Shown: in pieces, positions 1 through 10,565 of the stretch
Numbering within the stretch: position 1 is the first letter of the stretch
How the letters are laid out: the number at the start of each line of letters is the position of its first letter
Source of the DNA: Alphaproteobacteria bacterium
Lineage (GTDB): Bacteria > Pseudomonadota > Alphaproteobacteria > GCA-2731375
NCBI GenBank assembly: GCA_965232515.1
Contig: CBDDPY010000002.1
Location: 6,016,001-6,080,000 of the forward strand
Reading direction: 5' to 3'
DNA: 64,000 nt
Notes under the pieces: generated by a model
Databases searched by the model: none
What the model was told of the DNA's origin: nothing
What the model saw: the letters and a program-made list of their open reading frames with translations, nothing else
Position numbers and translations under genes: made by a program

Positions 1-310
1 CGGTATCGGGCGATGACAACGCTTCGGCGATGGCCGCCAGGCCACGATCGGGAAACCGGCAGTCGGCATGCAGAAACAGCAGCACGTCGCCCCGGGCCGC
101 CGCCGCGCCGGCGGCGAGTTGCTGACCGCGTCCGGCCGGCGTCGTCAGGCAGCGCGTGCGGTGGTCTGCCGCAACCTCGAGCGTGGCATCCGTGCTGCCG
201 CCGTCGACGACGACGATGTCCGCCGCTTGGCGCTGGCGTTGCAGGCTTTCGAGCAAGCCCGGCAGGCGCGCGGCCTCGTTCAGGGTCGGGACGATCACCG
301 ATATCAGCAT
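1..310 (-). CDS. GT2 glycosyltransferase, TIGR04283-like (runs off window; N-terminal part only)
   Basis: Manual translation from ATG at 310: MLISVIVPTLNEAARLPGLLESL...IVVVDGGSTDAT...GRGQQLAAGA...GDVLLFLHAD; not in the ORF track because it has no stop inside the window. Confidence 0.85.
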   Translation of the reverse strand, partial: MLISVIVPTLNEAARLPGLLESLQRQRQAADIVVVDGGSTDATLEVAADHRTRCLTTPAGRGQQLAAGAAAARGDVLLFLHADCRFPDRGLAAIAEALSSPDT

Positions 311-355
311 GGCAAGACCGGTATTCTAGACCGGATCGTCGCCGGGGCGTCCGCG

Positions 356-1285
356 TCAGATCGCGGCCTGTTGCGGTGGCTGTTGTTGCGGCGCCGTCGG
401 TGTCATCGCCTGCCGTGGCGGCGCAGCCTTCTGTTGAAACAAAGCCAGATTGTGGATCGACTGCGTCAGTTCCTGCTCGTAGCGGTGGCGCTCTTCGAAG
501 CTGGGCGGTCGACCGCCGAAACGGCCATCGCCATACCAGCCGTAGAGTTTGCCGCCGCGGCCCATTTCCCGGGCGGCCCGGGTGGAGTCGATGAGCGCGG
601 CTGGCAGATCGACCGGCGGCGCGGCGGAACTGGCCGGTTGCTCATCTGTCGCCGGGGCCTCCGGGGGCCCGGCCGTGGCGTCGGCCGCGGCATCGGTGGT
701 TCCCGTCAGCAGCGGTGCGGCCCAAGGGTCGCTGCGGCGGAGCCGGCGGCGGCAGGTAATGTCGATGCGTCGGGACCAGAGCATGTAGGGCAGCCAGAGT
801 ACGTTGACCGCGGCGACATTGACCTGACCCAGCAACTCGAGCGGCGTCGCGACTTGCGCGACATAGCCCAGATAGGCCAGCACGCCGGCATAGGGCAACA
901 CCACGAAGACGGTGAAGCAGCCAAACAGCAGCGGCAGGTAGGGCGACGTCAGGAACAACAGGGCCGAGAGAAGCAGGCAGGAACCGATAATGACGAAGTC
1001 GGCCGCCGGTAGACCCTGCAGCGGCGCCGGTACGTTCGTGAAATCCCGCAAACCGATCTGTAGCACCGGTCCGGCCCCGAATTCGGTGACGCCGACGTTC
1101 AGCAGGCTGAGCAGCGGTGCGAGCGCGAGGCTGACCACCGCAATTCCCGTCCAGCCCGACATCCCGAACAATGGATGCCGCCGGGCCGTGGCGCGGTCGA
1201 CCGGCACGACGTCGTCGCCGGCGCCGTCGGCGTCGGTCGTCTGGTCCGTCGCGGGATCGGAGGCCGCTGGGGTCGGTCGCTTCAT
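356..1285 (-). CDS. Membrane protein, DUF2569-like, with low-complexity C-terminal extension
   Basis: HPLFGMSGW start, several hydrophobic segments, WLPYMLWSRRI motif. Confidence 0.6.
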   Translation of the reverse strand: MKRPTPAASDPATDQTTDADGAGDDVVPVDRATARRHPLFGMSGWTGIAVVSLALAPLLSLLNVGVTEFGAGPVLQIGLRDFTNVPAPLQGLPAADFVIIGSCLLLSALLFLTSPYLPLLFGCFTVFVVLPYAGVLAYLGYVAQVATPLELLGQVNVAAVNVLWLPYMLWSRRIDITCRRRLRRSDPWAAPLLTGTTDAAADATAGPPEAPATDEQPASSAAPPVDLPAALIDSTRAAREMGRGGKLYGWYGDGRFGGRPPSFEERHRYEQELTQSIHNLALFQQKAAPPRQAMTPTAPQQQPPQQAAI

Positions 1286-1491
1286 ACAGGCTTAACCGTA
1301 TCTCAAAGCTTTTCGCCAACGCTCGCCGGCGTCGTCTGCTGACGTCACCGATACCGCATCGTGGTGAACCAAGCGTTACCAAGCACGCGGCGTCGGCTCG
1401 CGGCGGAAAGATTTGATCGGTCGGCGACGACGCCGACGAGCGTGCCGCCGGCTGTCTGGCCTGTGTTTCGAGATTTCCGGGAGCTGCCCGT

Positions 1492-2343
1492 ATGAGCCTT
1501 GCGAGTGAAAGCGTCGGTCACGACGAGGTGCGCACCTTCTATGCCGCAGCGCCCGCCGATCACCGCTGCACGATCGACGCGGCCGTCGACGCGATCCGCG
1601 CCCAGGACGCGGTCGCCGCGTTCCCGGTGCTGCCGCGGCTGCTGACGCCGGAGACTCGCGTGTTGGACGTCGGCTGCGGCGATGGTTTCTTCAGCAACAG
1701 CATCGCCTTGAATTACGGCGCCCCGGTCACCGGGATCGACTTCGAGCCGTCGGCCCTGAAGCGCGCGCGCCAGGTGGCGCAGGCGCTGGAGGTCGAGGTC
1801 GATTACCTGCAGGCGGATTTGTTCGACCATGTCGTCGATACCCCCTTCGACGTGACGATCTCGCTTGGCGTGCTGCATCACACGGGCGACTGCCATGCCG
1901 GCATCCGGCGCCTTTGCCGAGACTTCGTTCGGCCGGGCGGGCACGTGATGATCGGTCTTTATCATTCGCACGGCCGGCAGCCGTTTCTCGACCATTTCCG
2001 CCGGCTTCGGGACGACGGCGCCAGCGAAAGCCAGTTGTTCGAGCGCTTCCGGCAACTGCACAGCCAGCCCGTCGACGAGGCGACCCTGCGCTTCCGCTTT
2101 CGCGAGCAAGTCATGCATCCCTGCGAGACGCATCATACGCTGGCCGAGATCGTGCCGGTGCTCGAAGCGGCCGGCGTGACGCTGACCGCGACGTCGATCA
2201 ACTGGTTCGAGCCGTTCTTCAGCGTCAAGGATCTGTACGCCCTGGAGCCGACCTACAGCCGCATCGCCGAGCAGCGCCTGGCCGCCAACCGCTACTTCCC
2301 CGGCTTCTTCGCGGTGCTGGGGCGGCGCCGGACGGATGGTTAA
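1492..2343 (+). CDS. Class I SAM-dependent methyltransferase
   Basis: VLDVGCGDG motif I, SLGVLHH, FREQVMHPCETHH. Confidence 0.9.
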   Translation: MSLASESVGHDEVRTFYAAAPADHRCTIDAAVDAIRAQDAVAAFPVLPRLLTPETRVLDVGCGDGFFSNSIALNYGAPVTGIDFEPSALKRARQVAQALEVEVDYLQADLFDHVVDTPFDVTISLGVLHHTGDCHAGIRRLCRDFVRPGGHVMIGLYHSHGRQPFLDHFRRLRDDGASESQLFERFRQLHSQPVDEATLRFRFREQVMHPCETHHTLAEIVPVLEAAGVTLTATSINWFEPFFSVKDLYALEPTYSRIAEQRLAANRYFPGFFAVLGRRRTDG

Positions 2344-2409
2344 CCCGCCGTCAACCTAACGGTGCCACCATCGCACGGCGTGTATTGCAAGTTGGTGCAA
2401 AGGTTCGGC

Positions 2410-2550
2410 ATGGATATCTTGAAGCTGCTGCTGCGGGATTGGCAACGCCAGATCCGGACGGTGTTCGGCCGCCGCCAGCGCCGGTCCGGCGATGACGACT
2501 ACCGGCTGATCCAGGGACGCCCGCCGGAGAACATCTACCCGATGTGGTGA
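2410..2550 (+). CDS. 46-aa small protein ending ...PPENIYPMW
   Basis: ATG at 2410 with upstream AAGG; GC3-rich codons; fills the gap between two + strand genes. Confidence 0.6.
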   Translation: MDILKLLLRDWQRQIRTVFGRRQRRSGDDDYRLIQGRPPENIYPMW

Positions 2551-2646
2551 GCGCGCCGCCCACGTCGATGCGGGCGGTGGATCAATTTGAGGATGTGCTA
2601 ATCTCTCCCGTGCCGGCCGGCATGGCCGGGGGCGGGAGCACATCGA

Positions 2647-3570
2647 TTGACGGAATTCCAAGAAATCACCTCGGACCTGCGGTTTCCGGAAGGGCCGATC
2701 GCCATGGCGGACGGGTCCGTCCTGCTGGTCGAGATCGCCCGCGGCACGCTGAGCCGGGTGACGCCCGACGGCGCCGTCACGGTCGTCGCCGAGACCGGCG
2801 GCGGGCCCAACGGCGCGGCCATCGGACCCGACGGCGCCTGCTATATCTGCAATAACGGCGGCTTCGAATGGCGCGAACGGCACGGCATGCTGCACCCCGT
2901 GCGGCAGGCCGAGGACTATAGCGGCGGCCGGATCGAACGGGTCGATCTGGAGACGGGCGAGGTGACGGTGCTCTATACCGGCACCGAGCACGGCCCCTTG
3001 AGCGGCCCGAACGACATCGTCTTCGACGGCGACGGCGGCTTCTGGTTCACCGACATCGGCAAGCGCCGCGACCGGGACCAGGACCTGGGCGGGATCTATT
3101 ACGGCCGCGCCGACGGCAGCCTGGTCAAACAGGCGATCTATCCAATGGTGACGCCGAACGGCATCGCGCTGTCGCCCGACGATTCCCGGCTCTACGTGGC
3201 CGAGACCATCACCGGTCGCCTTTGGGCCTTCGATATCGCGGGGCCCGGTGAGATCGCGCGGCGGCCCTGGCCGGCGCCGAACGGCGCGGAACTGGTCTGC
3301 GGGCTGCCGGGCTATCAGCTGTTCGACTCGATGGCGGTCGACGCCGATGGCAATGTCTGCGTGGCGACGCTCTGGAACGGCGGTATCACCGTCGCCGCGC
3401 CGGACGGCAGCGCGGTCGAGCACGTGGCCCTGCCCGACGCCTATACCACCAACATCTGCTTCGGCGGACCGGACCTGAGGACGGCTTATGTGACGCTGTC
3501 CGGCAGCGGGCGTTTGGTCAGCATGCCCTGGCCGCGGCCGGGTCTCGCCCTGCACTATCTGAACAAGTGA
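2647..3570 (+). CDS. SMP-30/gluconolactonase family protein
   Basis: [42 protein letters not shown]; TTG start with GGGAG RBS. Confidence 0.92.
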   Translation: MTEFQEITSDLRFPEGPIAMADGSVLLVEIARGTLSRVTPDGAVTVVAETGGGPNGAAIGPDGACYICNNGGFEWRERHGMLHPVRQAEDYSGGRIERVDLETGEVTVLYTGTEHGPLSGPNDIVFDGDGGFWFTDIGKRRDRDQDLGGIYYGRADGSLVKQAIYPMVTPNGIALSPDDSRLYVAETITGRLWAFDIAGPGEIARRPWPAPNGAELVCGLPGYQLFDSMAVDADGNVCVATLWNGGITVAAPDGSAVEHVALPDAYTTNICFGGPDLRTAYVTLSGSGRLVSMPWPRPGLALHYLNK

Positions 3571-4613
3571 GCAAGCGTATGGCGCCTCCAGATCTGCCCG
3601 ACCGGTTCGACGACGTCGAAACGCTGGAAGAGTTCATGACCCGGCCGAGCCCGGCGCTGGTCGAGGATCTGGCCGCGGTCGACGGCGACCTCATAGTGTT
3701 GGGCGCCGGCGGTAAGATGGGGCCGACGCTGGCACGGCTCGCCAAGCGTGCGTCGCCCGACCGGCGCGTCATCGGCGTCGCCCGGTTCAGCGAGGCAGGC
3801 CTGCGCGAGCAGCTCGAGAGCCATGGGATCGAGACGATCCAATGCGACCTTTTGGACCGCGCCGCAGTCGCCGACCTGCCGAAGGCGGGGAACGTCGTGT
3901 TCATGGCGGGCCGCAAGTTCGGTTCGACCGGCAACGAGCCGCTGACCTGGGCGATGAATGCGCTGGTCCCAGCGATCGTCGCCGAGACCTTCGCCGCCTC
4001 GCGCATCGTCGCCTTCTCGACGGGCTGCGTGTATCCGTTCGTGCCGGTGCTGGGGGGCGGCGCGACCGAGGCGACGCCGCCGACGGCGCCGCCCGGCGAG
4101 TACGCCAATTCCTGCGTCGGCCGTGAGCGCATGTTCCAGCACTTCTCGCAAACGCATGGCACGCCGGGGCGGATTATCCGGCTGAACTACGCCATCGACC
4201 TGCGCTACGGCGTGCTGCACGACGTCGCCACCAAGGTCTTCGCCGGCGAGACCATCGACCTGACCATGGGACATGTGAACGTGATCTGGCAGGGCGACGC
4301 CAACAGCCAGGCGTTGCGCGCCTTCCGGCACTGCACGACGCCGCCGGCGCCGTTGAATGTCAGCGGCCCGGAGACCGCGGCCGTGCGCACGCTCGCCGAG
4401 GAATTCGGCGCCCGGTTCGGCCGCGCGCCCGTCTTTACCGGCTCGGCGGCCGAGGCGGTCTGGCTGGTCAATACCGAGCTGGCCGCCAGTCTGTTCGGTT
4501 ATCCCTCTGTCTCGCTGGCGCGCATGATCGACTGGGTCGCCGACTGGGTCGCGCACGACCGCGAGAGCCTGGGCAAGCCGACCCATTACGAAGTCCGCGA
4601 TGGCACCTATTGA
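3567..4613 (+). CDS. NAD-dependent epimerase/dehydratase
   Basis: LGAGGKMG Rossmann motif, FSTGCVY, EYANSC; GTGA overlap with the upstream gene. Confidence 0.88.
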   Translation: MSKRMAPPDLPDRFDDVETLEEFMTRPSPALVEDLAAVDGDLIVLGAGGKMGPTLARLAKRASPDRRVIGVARFSEAGLREQLESHGIETIQCDLLDRAAVADLPKAGNVVFMAGRKFGSTGNEPLTWAMNALVPAIVAETFAASRIVAFSTGCVYPFVPVLGGGATEATPPTAPPGEYANSCVGRERMFQHFSQTHGTPGRIIRLNYAIDLRYGVLHDVATKVFAGETIDLTMGHVNVIWQGDANSQALRAFRHCTTPPAPLNVSGPETAAVRTLAEEFGARFGRAPVFTGSAAEAVWLVNTELAASLFGYPSVSLARMIDWVADWVAHDRESLGKPTHYEVRDGTY

Positions 4614-5457
4614 ACCGGCGGCGTTCCGCGCGCTGACCGACGCCGATTTGACCGGCGCCCTCGCGCTGTCGACCGAGGCCGGCTGGAACCAGACCGCCGA
4701 CGACTGGCGGTTGATGCTGGGGTTCGGCCGGGGCATCGGCGTCGCGGCGCCGGACGGCCGTCTGGTGGCGACGGCGCTGACGTTGCCGTTCGGCGGCCGT
4801 TTCGCCTGGATCGCCATGGTCCTGGTGACGGCGGACTGGCGCCGCCGGGGCCTCGCCACCGAACTGCTGCGGCGCTGCATGGCCCAGGCCGAGGCCGTCG
4901 GCTTGATCGCCGGCCTCGACGCCACCGAGGCCGGCCGTGAGGTCTACCGGCCGCTCGGCTTCAACGACATCTACAGCCTCAGCCGCTGGCGGGCCGAACG
5001 ACCGGTTGCGACGACACCGTCCGACGCCGACATCCGGCCGATGACGCCAGCCGACCTCGACGCCGTCGCGGCGCTGGACCGCGCCGGCTTCGGCGCCGAC
5101 CGGCGGCATCTGCTGGCGGCGTTCCTGGAGCGCGCGAACGGTCGCGCGTTCGTGGCTTTGCGTGAGGACGGCATCAGCGGTTACGTCCTGACCCGCGATG
5201 GCCGGGCCGCCAGCTATATCGGTCCGTTGACGGCCGAAGATGGCGTCGGCGCCGTGTCGTTGCTCGAGCATGCCCTGGCCGCTGCGAGCCGACCTATGAT
5301 GATCGACCTCGCCGACCATCACGACGAATTGCGCAAAAGGCTGGAGTCCGCCGGCTTCACCCGCGAGCGCGGTTACACCCGCATGCTTCTTGGCCGCACC
5401 GGCCCGCTCGACGACCCTACACGCATCTTCGCAATCGCCGGCCCGGAGTTCGGCTAA
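4600..5457 (+). CDS. Tandem GNAT acetyltransferase (YitH-like)
   Basis: [32 protein letters not shown]-terminal GPEFG. Confidence 0.88.
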   Translation: MAPIEPAAFRALTDADLTGALALSTEAGWNQTADDWRLMLGFGRGIGVAAPDGRLVATALTLPFGGRFAWIAMVLVTADWRRRGLATELLRRCMAQAEAVGLIAGLDATEAGREVYRPLGFNDIYSLSRWRAERPVATTPSDADIRPMTPADLDAVAALDRAGFGADRRHLLAAFLERANGRAFVALREDGISGYVLTRDGRAASYIGPLTAEDGVGAVSLLEHALAAASRPMMIDLADHHDELRKRLESAGFTRERGYTRMLLGRTGPLDDPTRIFAIAGPEFG

Positions 5458-5465
5458 TTTCCGGT

Positions 5466-7424
5466 TCACTTACGGTCGATGGCGATATGTAGTTTGGATT
5501 GCTCGGCGACGTGGTCCAGAAATCGGTTGAAACGTTGGATCTCGCCGACGGCGATTCGGGCAGCCGGCATCGCGAGTTCAGTGATGACAACCAGCCCATC
5601 ATCGGTCGCGTTTACACGGCGTCGGAGGTAGCCGTAGGGTGCCACGAAGTTTATCTGTGCGCCGCGATGCTCGACACGCCAGTTCGACGGCAAGAGAAAT
5701 GTGGTTTCACTGCGATAGCGCAAACCGGAGAAGTTGTAAGGATAGTGGCTGTTGGTCGTCTTCACCGATCGGGCTTCGGCAGCCAGCCAGACATCTTCGT
5801 CGACATAGTTGTCGTAATCGGCCGGATCGAACAGCTGCGGGTACTTTGCGACGGAACGGATCGTCACGGGACGTGACGTATCGTCGACGCCGTCGAGCTC
5901 AAGGCTGGGTTCGACGCGATTGCTGACATTCGTCTGGTAATCGTCGCGCGCCCACTCCAGCCGCTCGCTGGTGCTTCGTCGCTGCAGTCCCGCGCGCATG
6001 TCCACGCCGTAGCCTTCGGAGTAGATCCGAGTCTGCCGTTCCTCCAGCAAACCGTCGTCCTGAAACCGGTTTTGCGTCGAGACGTCGTAGATCCAACGAT
6101 ATTTGACCTTGCCGAAATGAACCGGTTCCCGCATCTCGTTCGTCAGATCGAGGCGAATGGCTCCATGAAGGCTATGTGAGAACTGGTCGGACGGCGTATG
6201 CGGATCGGTCAGGTCGTAGCACGTCTCTCTGCCATCCGGCAGCCTGACGCAGGCCACCATGTGGTCGAAATAGCTGGCTGCCGGCAACAACAGCTTGCTG
6301 CTGTCAAACCGCTCGAACGTCGTCAGAACGGGATAGGCCCCGATCCCGATGTGGTTGACCATCGCCACGAACAGGGCCGTCTTGTCCTTGCAATCGCCGA
6401 ACCGGCGCTCCAGCGTGGTCTCGACCGGGCGCGGAACTATGCCGCCGAGGCCGGCCTCGAGGCCGACATAGCGGATCTCCTGCGCGACGAAGCGATGGAT
6501 GCGCGACAGACTCTCGTCTATCGATGTCGCATCGGCCAGTAGATCGTCGAGCACGTCCTCCAAGCCGTCGTCCTGCATCAGTGCCGGCTCGAACAGCGAC
6601 CGCACCAACAGTCCGAGCCCCTGCCATGTCGTTCGTTCCGAGATGACCAGCGTCGGCAGAACGTCCCGATAGTAAATGTTTTGATCCCAGGGGCGGGCCG
6701 CCAGATGCCGCGCACTGCAGCTTAACGCCCGTGGGCCTTCCCTGCGGCAGTCCAGGTCGTCTAGATCGCTGCGCCATTGCGGCACCACGCCGCCGGTCTC
6801 CCACCTGACGTTGACCTCGAATGCTTCGCGCGGCCGGAATATCTGGGGAAAGAATATTCGGGACCATGGCAGCGGCCAGAGGCCGGCCTTGCGCTCGGTC
6901 TTGGTCACCAGGACGGCGATGGCATCGACCGTGAGGCCCGGAAATGGCACCACGACCTGGTATGAATCCGTGAAGACATCGTCGTCCGAATCCGCCAGCA
7001 CCTGTAGCGTGACGGGATCGACATCGATGCGTCTGCCGTCGGGTAGCAGCGTATAGGCTTGCTCGATGACCGCATGCTGGCTGTAGGCATCTACCCAGAA
7101 GCTGATGTTGCCGGCTTCACGAACGGCGGAGGGGTTGTTCAGAAGCCGGGTGATGACCCGGGTCTCCTCAATCCTGCCATCGGCCCGGAGAGTCAGATCG
7201 GCGCGAAACAGCGGCTCGACAAAGTCCGCATCCTGTTCATCGACCGCGTCCTTCCGCTCCGGTGCGATTGCCAGATCGGCATAACCGAAAGCCGGCTCCT
7301 GAGGTCGCCAGGAGACAAACTCGACCGGCATTCCATTGATGGTCAGCGCCCGACCGGTATCGATTTGCGCAACGGCAGATGTCCAGAGCCCGACCAGCGC
7401 ACAGATAAGCAACAACTGCTTCAT
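5466..7424 (-). CDS. Secreted DUF3857 + transglutaminase-like domain protein
   Basis: Signal peptide; IRYVG, GDCKDK (Cys), FDHMV (His), YDLTD (Asp) triad. Confidence 0.85.
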   Translation of the reverse strand: MKQLLLICALVGLWTSAVAQIDTGRALTINGMPVEFVSWRPQEPAFGYADLAIAPERKDAVDEQDADFVEPLFRADLTLRADGRIEETRVITRLLNNPSAVREAGNISFWVDAYSQHAVIEQAYTLLPDGRRIDVDPVTLQVLADSDDDVFTDSYQVVVPFPGLTVDAIAVLVTKTERKAGLWPLPWSRIFFPQIFRPREAFEVNVRWETGGVVPQWRSDLDDLDCRREGPRALSCSARHLAARPWDQNIYYRDVLPTLVISERTTWQGLGLLVRSLFEPALMQDDGLEDVLDDLLADATSIDESLSRIHRFVAQEIRYVGLEAGLGGIVPRPVETTLERRFGDCKDKTALFVAMVNHIGIGAYPVLTTFERFDSSKLLLPAASYFDHMVACVRLPDGRETCYDLTDPHTPSDQFSHSLHGAIRLDLTNEMREPVHFGKVKYRWIYDVSTQNRFQDDGLLEERQTRIYSEGYGVDMRAGLQRRSTSERLEWARDDYQTNVSNRVEPSLELDGVDDTSRPVTIRSVAKYPQLFDPADYDNYVDEDVWLAAEARSVKTTNSHYPYNFSGLRYRSETTFLLPSNWRVEHRGAQINFVAPYGYLRRRVNATDDGLVVITELAMPAARIAVGEIQRFNRFLDHVAEQSKLHIAIDRK

Positions 7425-8530
7425 TAAGGTTCGACCTTTTCCACGAGCGACAAGCTCTTCACCAATCGCTCGATATCACTCTCGATTATCGGTCCTTCTG
7501 CGGTTCGGGCGATGACTTCGATAATGGTGTCGTCGGTGAACAGAACCGCGATCCAGTATGTCTGGTCTGTATCGAAAGTATTGGCGTTGCGGTATCGGGT
7601 GAACGAAACCGGGATAAGGTCATCCGTTCGCAGGACCCGAATTTCATCCGATGAAGATGAAATCATTTCTTCGTCGATCATCTGTCGATGGGCATTGACC
7701 AACTGGTCCATCGTCAGATCGTCGCGTTTGTTCGTGTGGACGACGGCCCAGGTTTCGACCGTCGGACCCAGCAGCTCGAGATCGGCTTTGGCGTCGAGCG
7801 TGCCCGGCTTAGCCCGAGCCCAACCATAGTCCGGCACGCTCAGCGTGTAGCTGCCGCTGGTGCCGCTGACACGGGCATCGACCTCTAACCGCTCGCCGCC
7901 ACGTCGGTCGACGTGGACGGATATCCCAAAGGCCATAAGGGCAATAAGTGGAAAGCCGCAGGCCAGCGCGGCGTATTGCAGTTTGGTGTAGCGGTACGGC
8001 CGGCTGGTCCAGGCCGGGTCCGTCAGCGACAGCTTGTGATGGTTGAGCTGCCGTTGCAGCAACATCCAGGGAAGCGGCGAAACGGTCACCGACAGCAAGA
8101 GCACAATAGCGTATGAGGTTCCGTCTTTGATATCTGTGAATGTCATGGCAACGCCGATGATGCCGGTGATCACCGCCGTGCCGACAATGACCATACGGGG
8201 CGGTCCGACGCGCGGCGCCAGCATCTCGTCCAACCGTTTCAGCAAACCGGTCATCCGCCAGGCGAGAAACGGCGGCGCCATGGGCACACACAGCGCCACG
8301 ACGTACAGCCATGGTCGAATCTTTGGATCAACGTGACGTCGCATGTCAGTAGCGAAACGCCACGACCAGAAGAGTTGGTAGATACCGATCGTGGACACGA
8401 ACAGCAGGTAGAGTTGCCACAATGCAATCGGTGGATACCACGGCGGCAGTTCGGGCGGCTCGTTCTGCTGAGCAGCCCGCTCATCCTGCTCGACTGGGGC
8501 GGTTTCCGACGGCGGTGGCGTGCTGTTCAT
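7424..8530 (-). CDS. Multi-pass membrane protein (DUF4234-like N-terminus) with C-terminal soluble domain
   Basis: STIGIYQLFW motif, ~5 TM segments; TAATG overlap with the transglutaminase gene; start uncertain (8530 or 8566). Confidence 0.65.
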   Translation of the reverse strand: MNSTPPPSETAPVEQDERAAQQNEPPELPPWYPPIALWQLYLLFVSTIGIYQLFWSWRFATDMRRHVDPKIRPWLYVVALCVPMAPPFLAWRMTGLLKRLDEMLAPRVGPPRMVIVGTAVITGIIGVAMTFTDIKDGTSYAIVLLLSVTVSPLPWMLLQRQLNHHKLSLTDPAWTSRPYRYTKLQYAALACGFPLIALMAFGISVHVDRRGGERLEVDARVSGTSGSYTLSVPDYGWARAKPGTLDAKADLELLGPTVETWAVVHTNKRDDLTMDQLVNAHRQMIDEEMISSSSDEIRVLRTDDLIPVSFTRYRNANTFDTDQTYWIAVLFTDDTIIEVIARTAEGPIIESDIERLVKSLSLVEKVEP

Positions 8531-8700
8531 TGAGCGGACCGATTTACATTGAGAACGCGTCAGCAAAGACTGACCTAGCCCATGACCGCCGACGGTACAA
8601 CTCTAGTCAACAAATCTGGTGTGTCTATCTTCCTCTGGGTTGATGACAAAAGCGTAAAACGGCCGTCGATCCGTCGCCGGTTGCGATGGTTAACCGGGAC

Positions 8701-8739
8701 AAAGCAAAAATAACGGCCGCAGCCCGGGGGCGGCGGCCG
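8701..8739 (-). terminator. Probable intrinsic terminator of the ABC substrate-binding gene
   Basis: CGGCCGC...GCGGCCG stem (8714-8739) followed on the minus strand by TTATTTTTGCTTT. Confidence 0.6.
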
Positions 8740-8775
8740 AATTGTACGCGTGCGCCCGTTGGCCGGGCGGCGGTG

Positions 8776-9777
8776 TTATTTGGTCATTTTGAGCGACGTG
8801 TCGAGGAAGTCGTTTGAGTAGGCATCCGTGATGTCGAACGGCTTCTCGAGGCTGAAGTAGGTCTCGATCAGCTTGTAGTCGTCCTGCATGCGGGTCGGAT
8901 CGAAATGGCCCAGGGCGACGGAGCGCGAATTCTTGTCGCTCATCAACTCCTCGACCAGCTGCCAGTTGGCGACGCTGTCGGGGCGCTTGAGGCCGCTGTT
9001 GGCCTCGATCAGCGCGTCGATGCAGGGATCGGGATCGGCGACGCAGGCGTGATAGGCCTTCTGCGTCACCTGCACGAAGGCCTTCACCACGCCAGGCTTC
9101 TCCTTCAGGAAGGCGCCGTTGGCGATCACCGAGTTGCCGTAGGGGTTGATGCCGATGTCGCGCAGGGCGAGGAAACCCATGTCGTCGCCGAACACCCGCT
9201 CGAAGATGAAGTGGATGTTATAGAACGACGTCGTGACATGGATGCTGTCGGACTTCAGCGACGCGATCTTCGCGTTCGGCTGGACATTCACCCAGGTTAC
9301 CGAGTCCGGATCGATGTCGGCCGCCTTGGCCATGGCCGGCCACATCTGGCGCGCCGCGTCCCAGGGCGGGTTGCCGATCTTCTTGCCGGGGAAGTCCTTC
9401 AGCCCGGTAATGCCCGAGCTCTTCTTCCAATAGAGGCCGTAGGGCGAGTTGGCGTAGATGTTGAAGACGGCGACCAGATCGGCGCCCTTGCCGCGGTTCA
9501 CGAGCGCGGTGCCGAGATCGGCGATGCCGAGCTGGTTCTTGCCAATGCCGACGCGCTGGGACGAGAGGGTCGAGCCCTTGCCCTGCTCGATGGTCAGGTC
9601 GATGCCGGCATCCGCGTACCAGCCCTGCTTGTGGGCGTAGTAGATCGGGGCATGATCGCCGCCGGCGACCCAGTTGAGGATAAAGCTGACCTTTTCGGCC
9701 GCCTGGGCCGGAGCCGAGGCCACGGCGGCCATGGCCATGGCGATGCCGGCGCCGATGGCGACGAAGTGGCGACGCAT
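8776..9777 (-). CDS. NitT/TauT (NMT1/THI5-like) ABC transporter substrate-binding protein
   Basis: Signal peptide MRRHFVAIG...AQA; LNWVAGGDHAPIYYA, GLKDFPGKKIG; GGGAG RBS. Confidence 0.9.
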   Translation of the reverse strand: MRRHFVAIGAGIAMAMAAVASAPAQAAEKVSFILNWVAGGDHAPIYYAHKQGWYADAGIDLTIEQGKGSTLSSQRVGIGKNQLGIADLGTALVNRGKGADLVAVFNIYANSPYGLYWKKSSGITGLKDFPGKKIGNPPWDAARQMWPAMAKAADIDPDSVTWVNVQPNAKIASLKSDSIHVTTSFYNIHFIFERVFGDDMGFLALRDIGINPYGNSVIANGAFLKEKPGVVKAFVQVTQKAYHACVADPDPCIDALIEANSGLKRPDSVANWQLVEELMSDKNSRSVALGHFDPTRMQDDYKLIETYFSLEKPFDITDAYSNDFLDTSLKMTK

Positions 9778-9850
9778 GCTGTTTCTCCCTGTTACGCTGC
9801 CCGCGCCGTCAGGCCGGTCTTGCCAAGGGCGCGGCGTTACGTTACCTGTT

Positions 9851-9866
9851 GTAACCAGTTGGTTAC
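9851..9866. promoter_or_regulatory. Putative TetR operator, copy 1 (GTAACCAGTTGGTTAC)
   Basis: Perfect 7-2-7 inverted repeat in the divergent SBP/tetR intergenic region. Confidence 0.8.
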
Positions 9867-9887
9867 TCAACAGAATAGATAGACCGC

Positions 9888-10565
9888 ATGGCTTCTGTCA
9901 ATGAATCCGCCACCGAGGCCGGGACCGGGACGACGGCGACGGCAACGACGTCCCGGCGCGATCCCGAGCGCACGCGGGAGAACATCCTGCAGGCGGCGCT
10001 GGCGGAATTTGCGGACAAGGGCCTGGGCGGCGCGCGGGTCGACGAAATCGCCCAGCGGGCGGGCGCAAACAAGCGCATGCTGTACCACTATTTCGGCAAC
10101 AAGGAAGACCTGTTCCTGGCCGTGCTGGAGCGGGCCTACGAGCGCATTCGCGGCGCGGAGACACAGCTGCATCTGACCGAGCTGGAACCGGTGGCGGGCA
10201 TGCGCGAGCTGATCCGCTTCACCTTCAACTATCTGGTCGAGGCGCCGTACTTCATCCGCCTGCTGAACAGCGAGAACCTGCATCAGGCCCGGCACTTGAA
10301 GCAGTCGAAGCGGGTGCGCGAGCTGCATTCGGAGATGCTGGACATGATCGGCGACCTGCTGCGGCGCGGCGCCGAGCGCGGCGATTTCCGCGACGACGTC
10401 GATCCGACCCAGCTGTTCATCTCGATCACCGGCGTCTGCTACTTCTACTTCTCCAACATCCACACGCTGTCGACAATCATGGGCGCCGACCTGAGCACCA
10501 AGGCGGCCCTGCAATCGCGCGAGGCGCACGCCATCGCCGTCATTCTGGGGTATCTCAGGCCATGA
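9888..10565 (+). CDS. TetR/AcrR family regulator (NicS/RutR-like)
   Basis: EFADKGLGGARVDEIAQRAGANKRMLYHYFGNKEDL HTH; LLNSENL C-terminal motif. Confidence 0.93.
   Translation: MASVNESATEAGTGTTATATTSRRDPERTRENILQAALAEFADKGLGGARVDEIAQRAGANKRMLYHYFGNKEDLFLAVLERAYERIRGAETQLHLTELEPVAGMRELIRFTFNYLVEAPYFIRLLNSENLHQARHLKQSKRVRELHSEMLDMIGDLLRRGAERGDFRDDVDPTQLFISITGVCYFYFSNIHTLSTIMGADLSTKAALQSREAHAIAVILGYLRP

Noticed and set aside
68-1012. Long + strand ORF, and many similar long ORFs (e.g. 13931-16264, 37989-40601, 50802-53063)
   Set aside because: Antisense or off-frame shadows of real genes, typical of high-GC DNA; Arg/Pro/Gly-rich with no family motifs
1292-1306. TTAA-N7-TCAA resembling a CtrA box upstream of the DUF2569-like gene
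   Set aside because: One mismatch, single occurrence, overlaps the RBS region; could be chance
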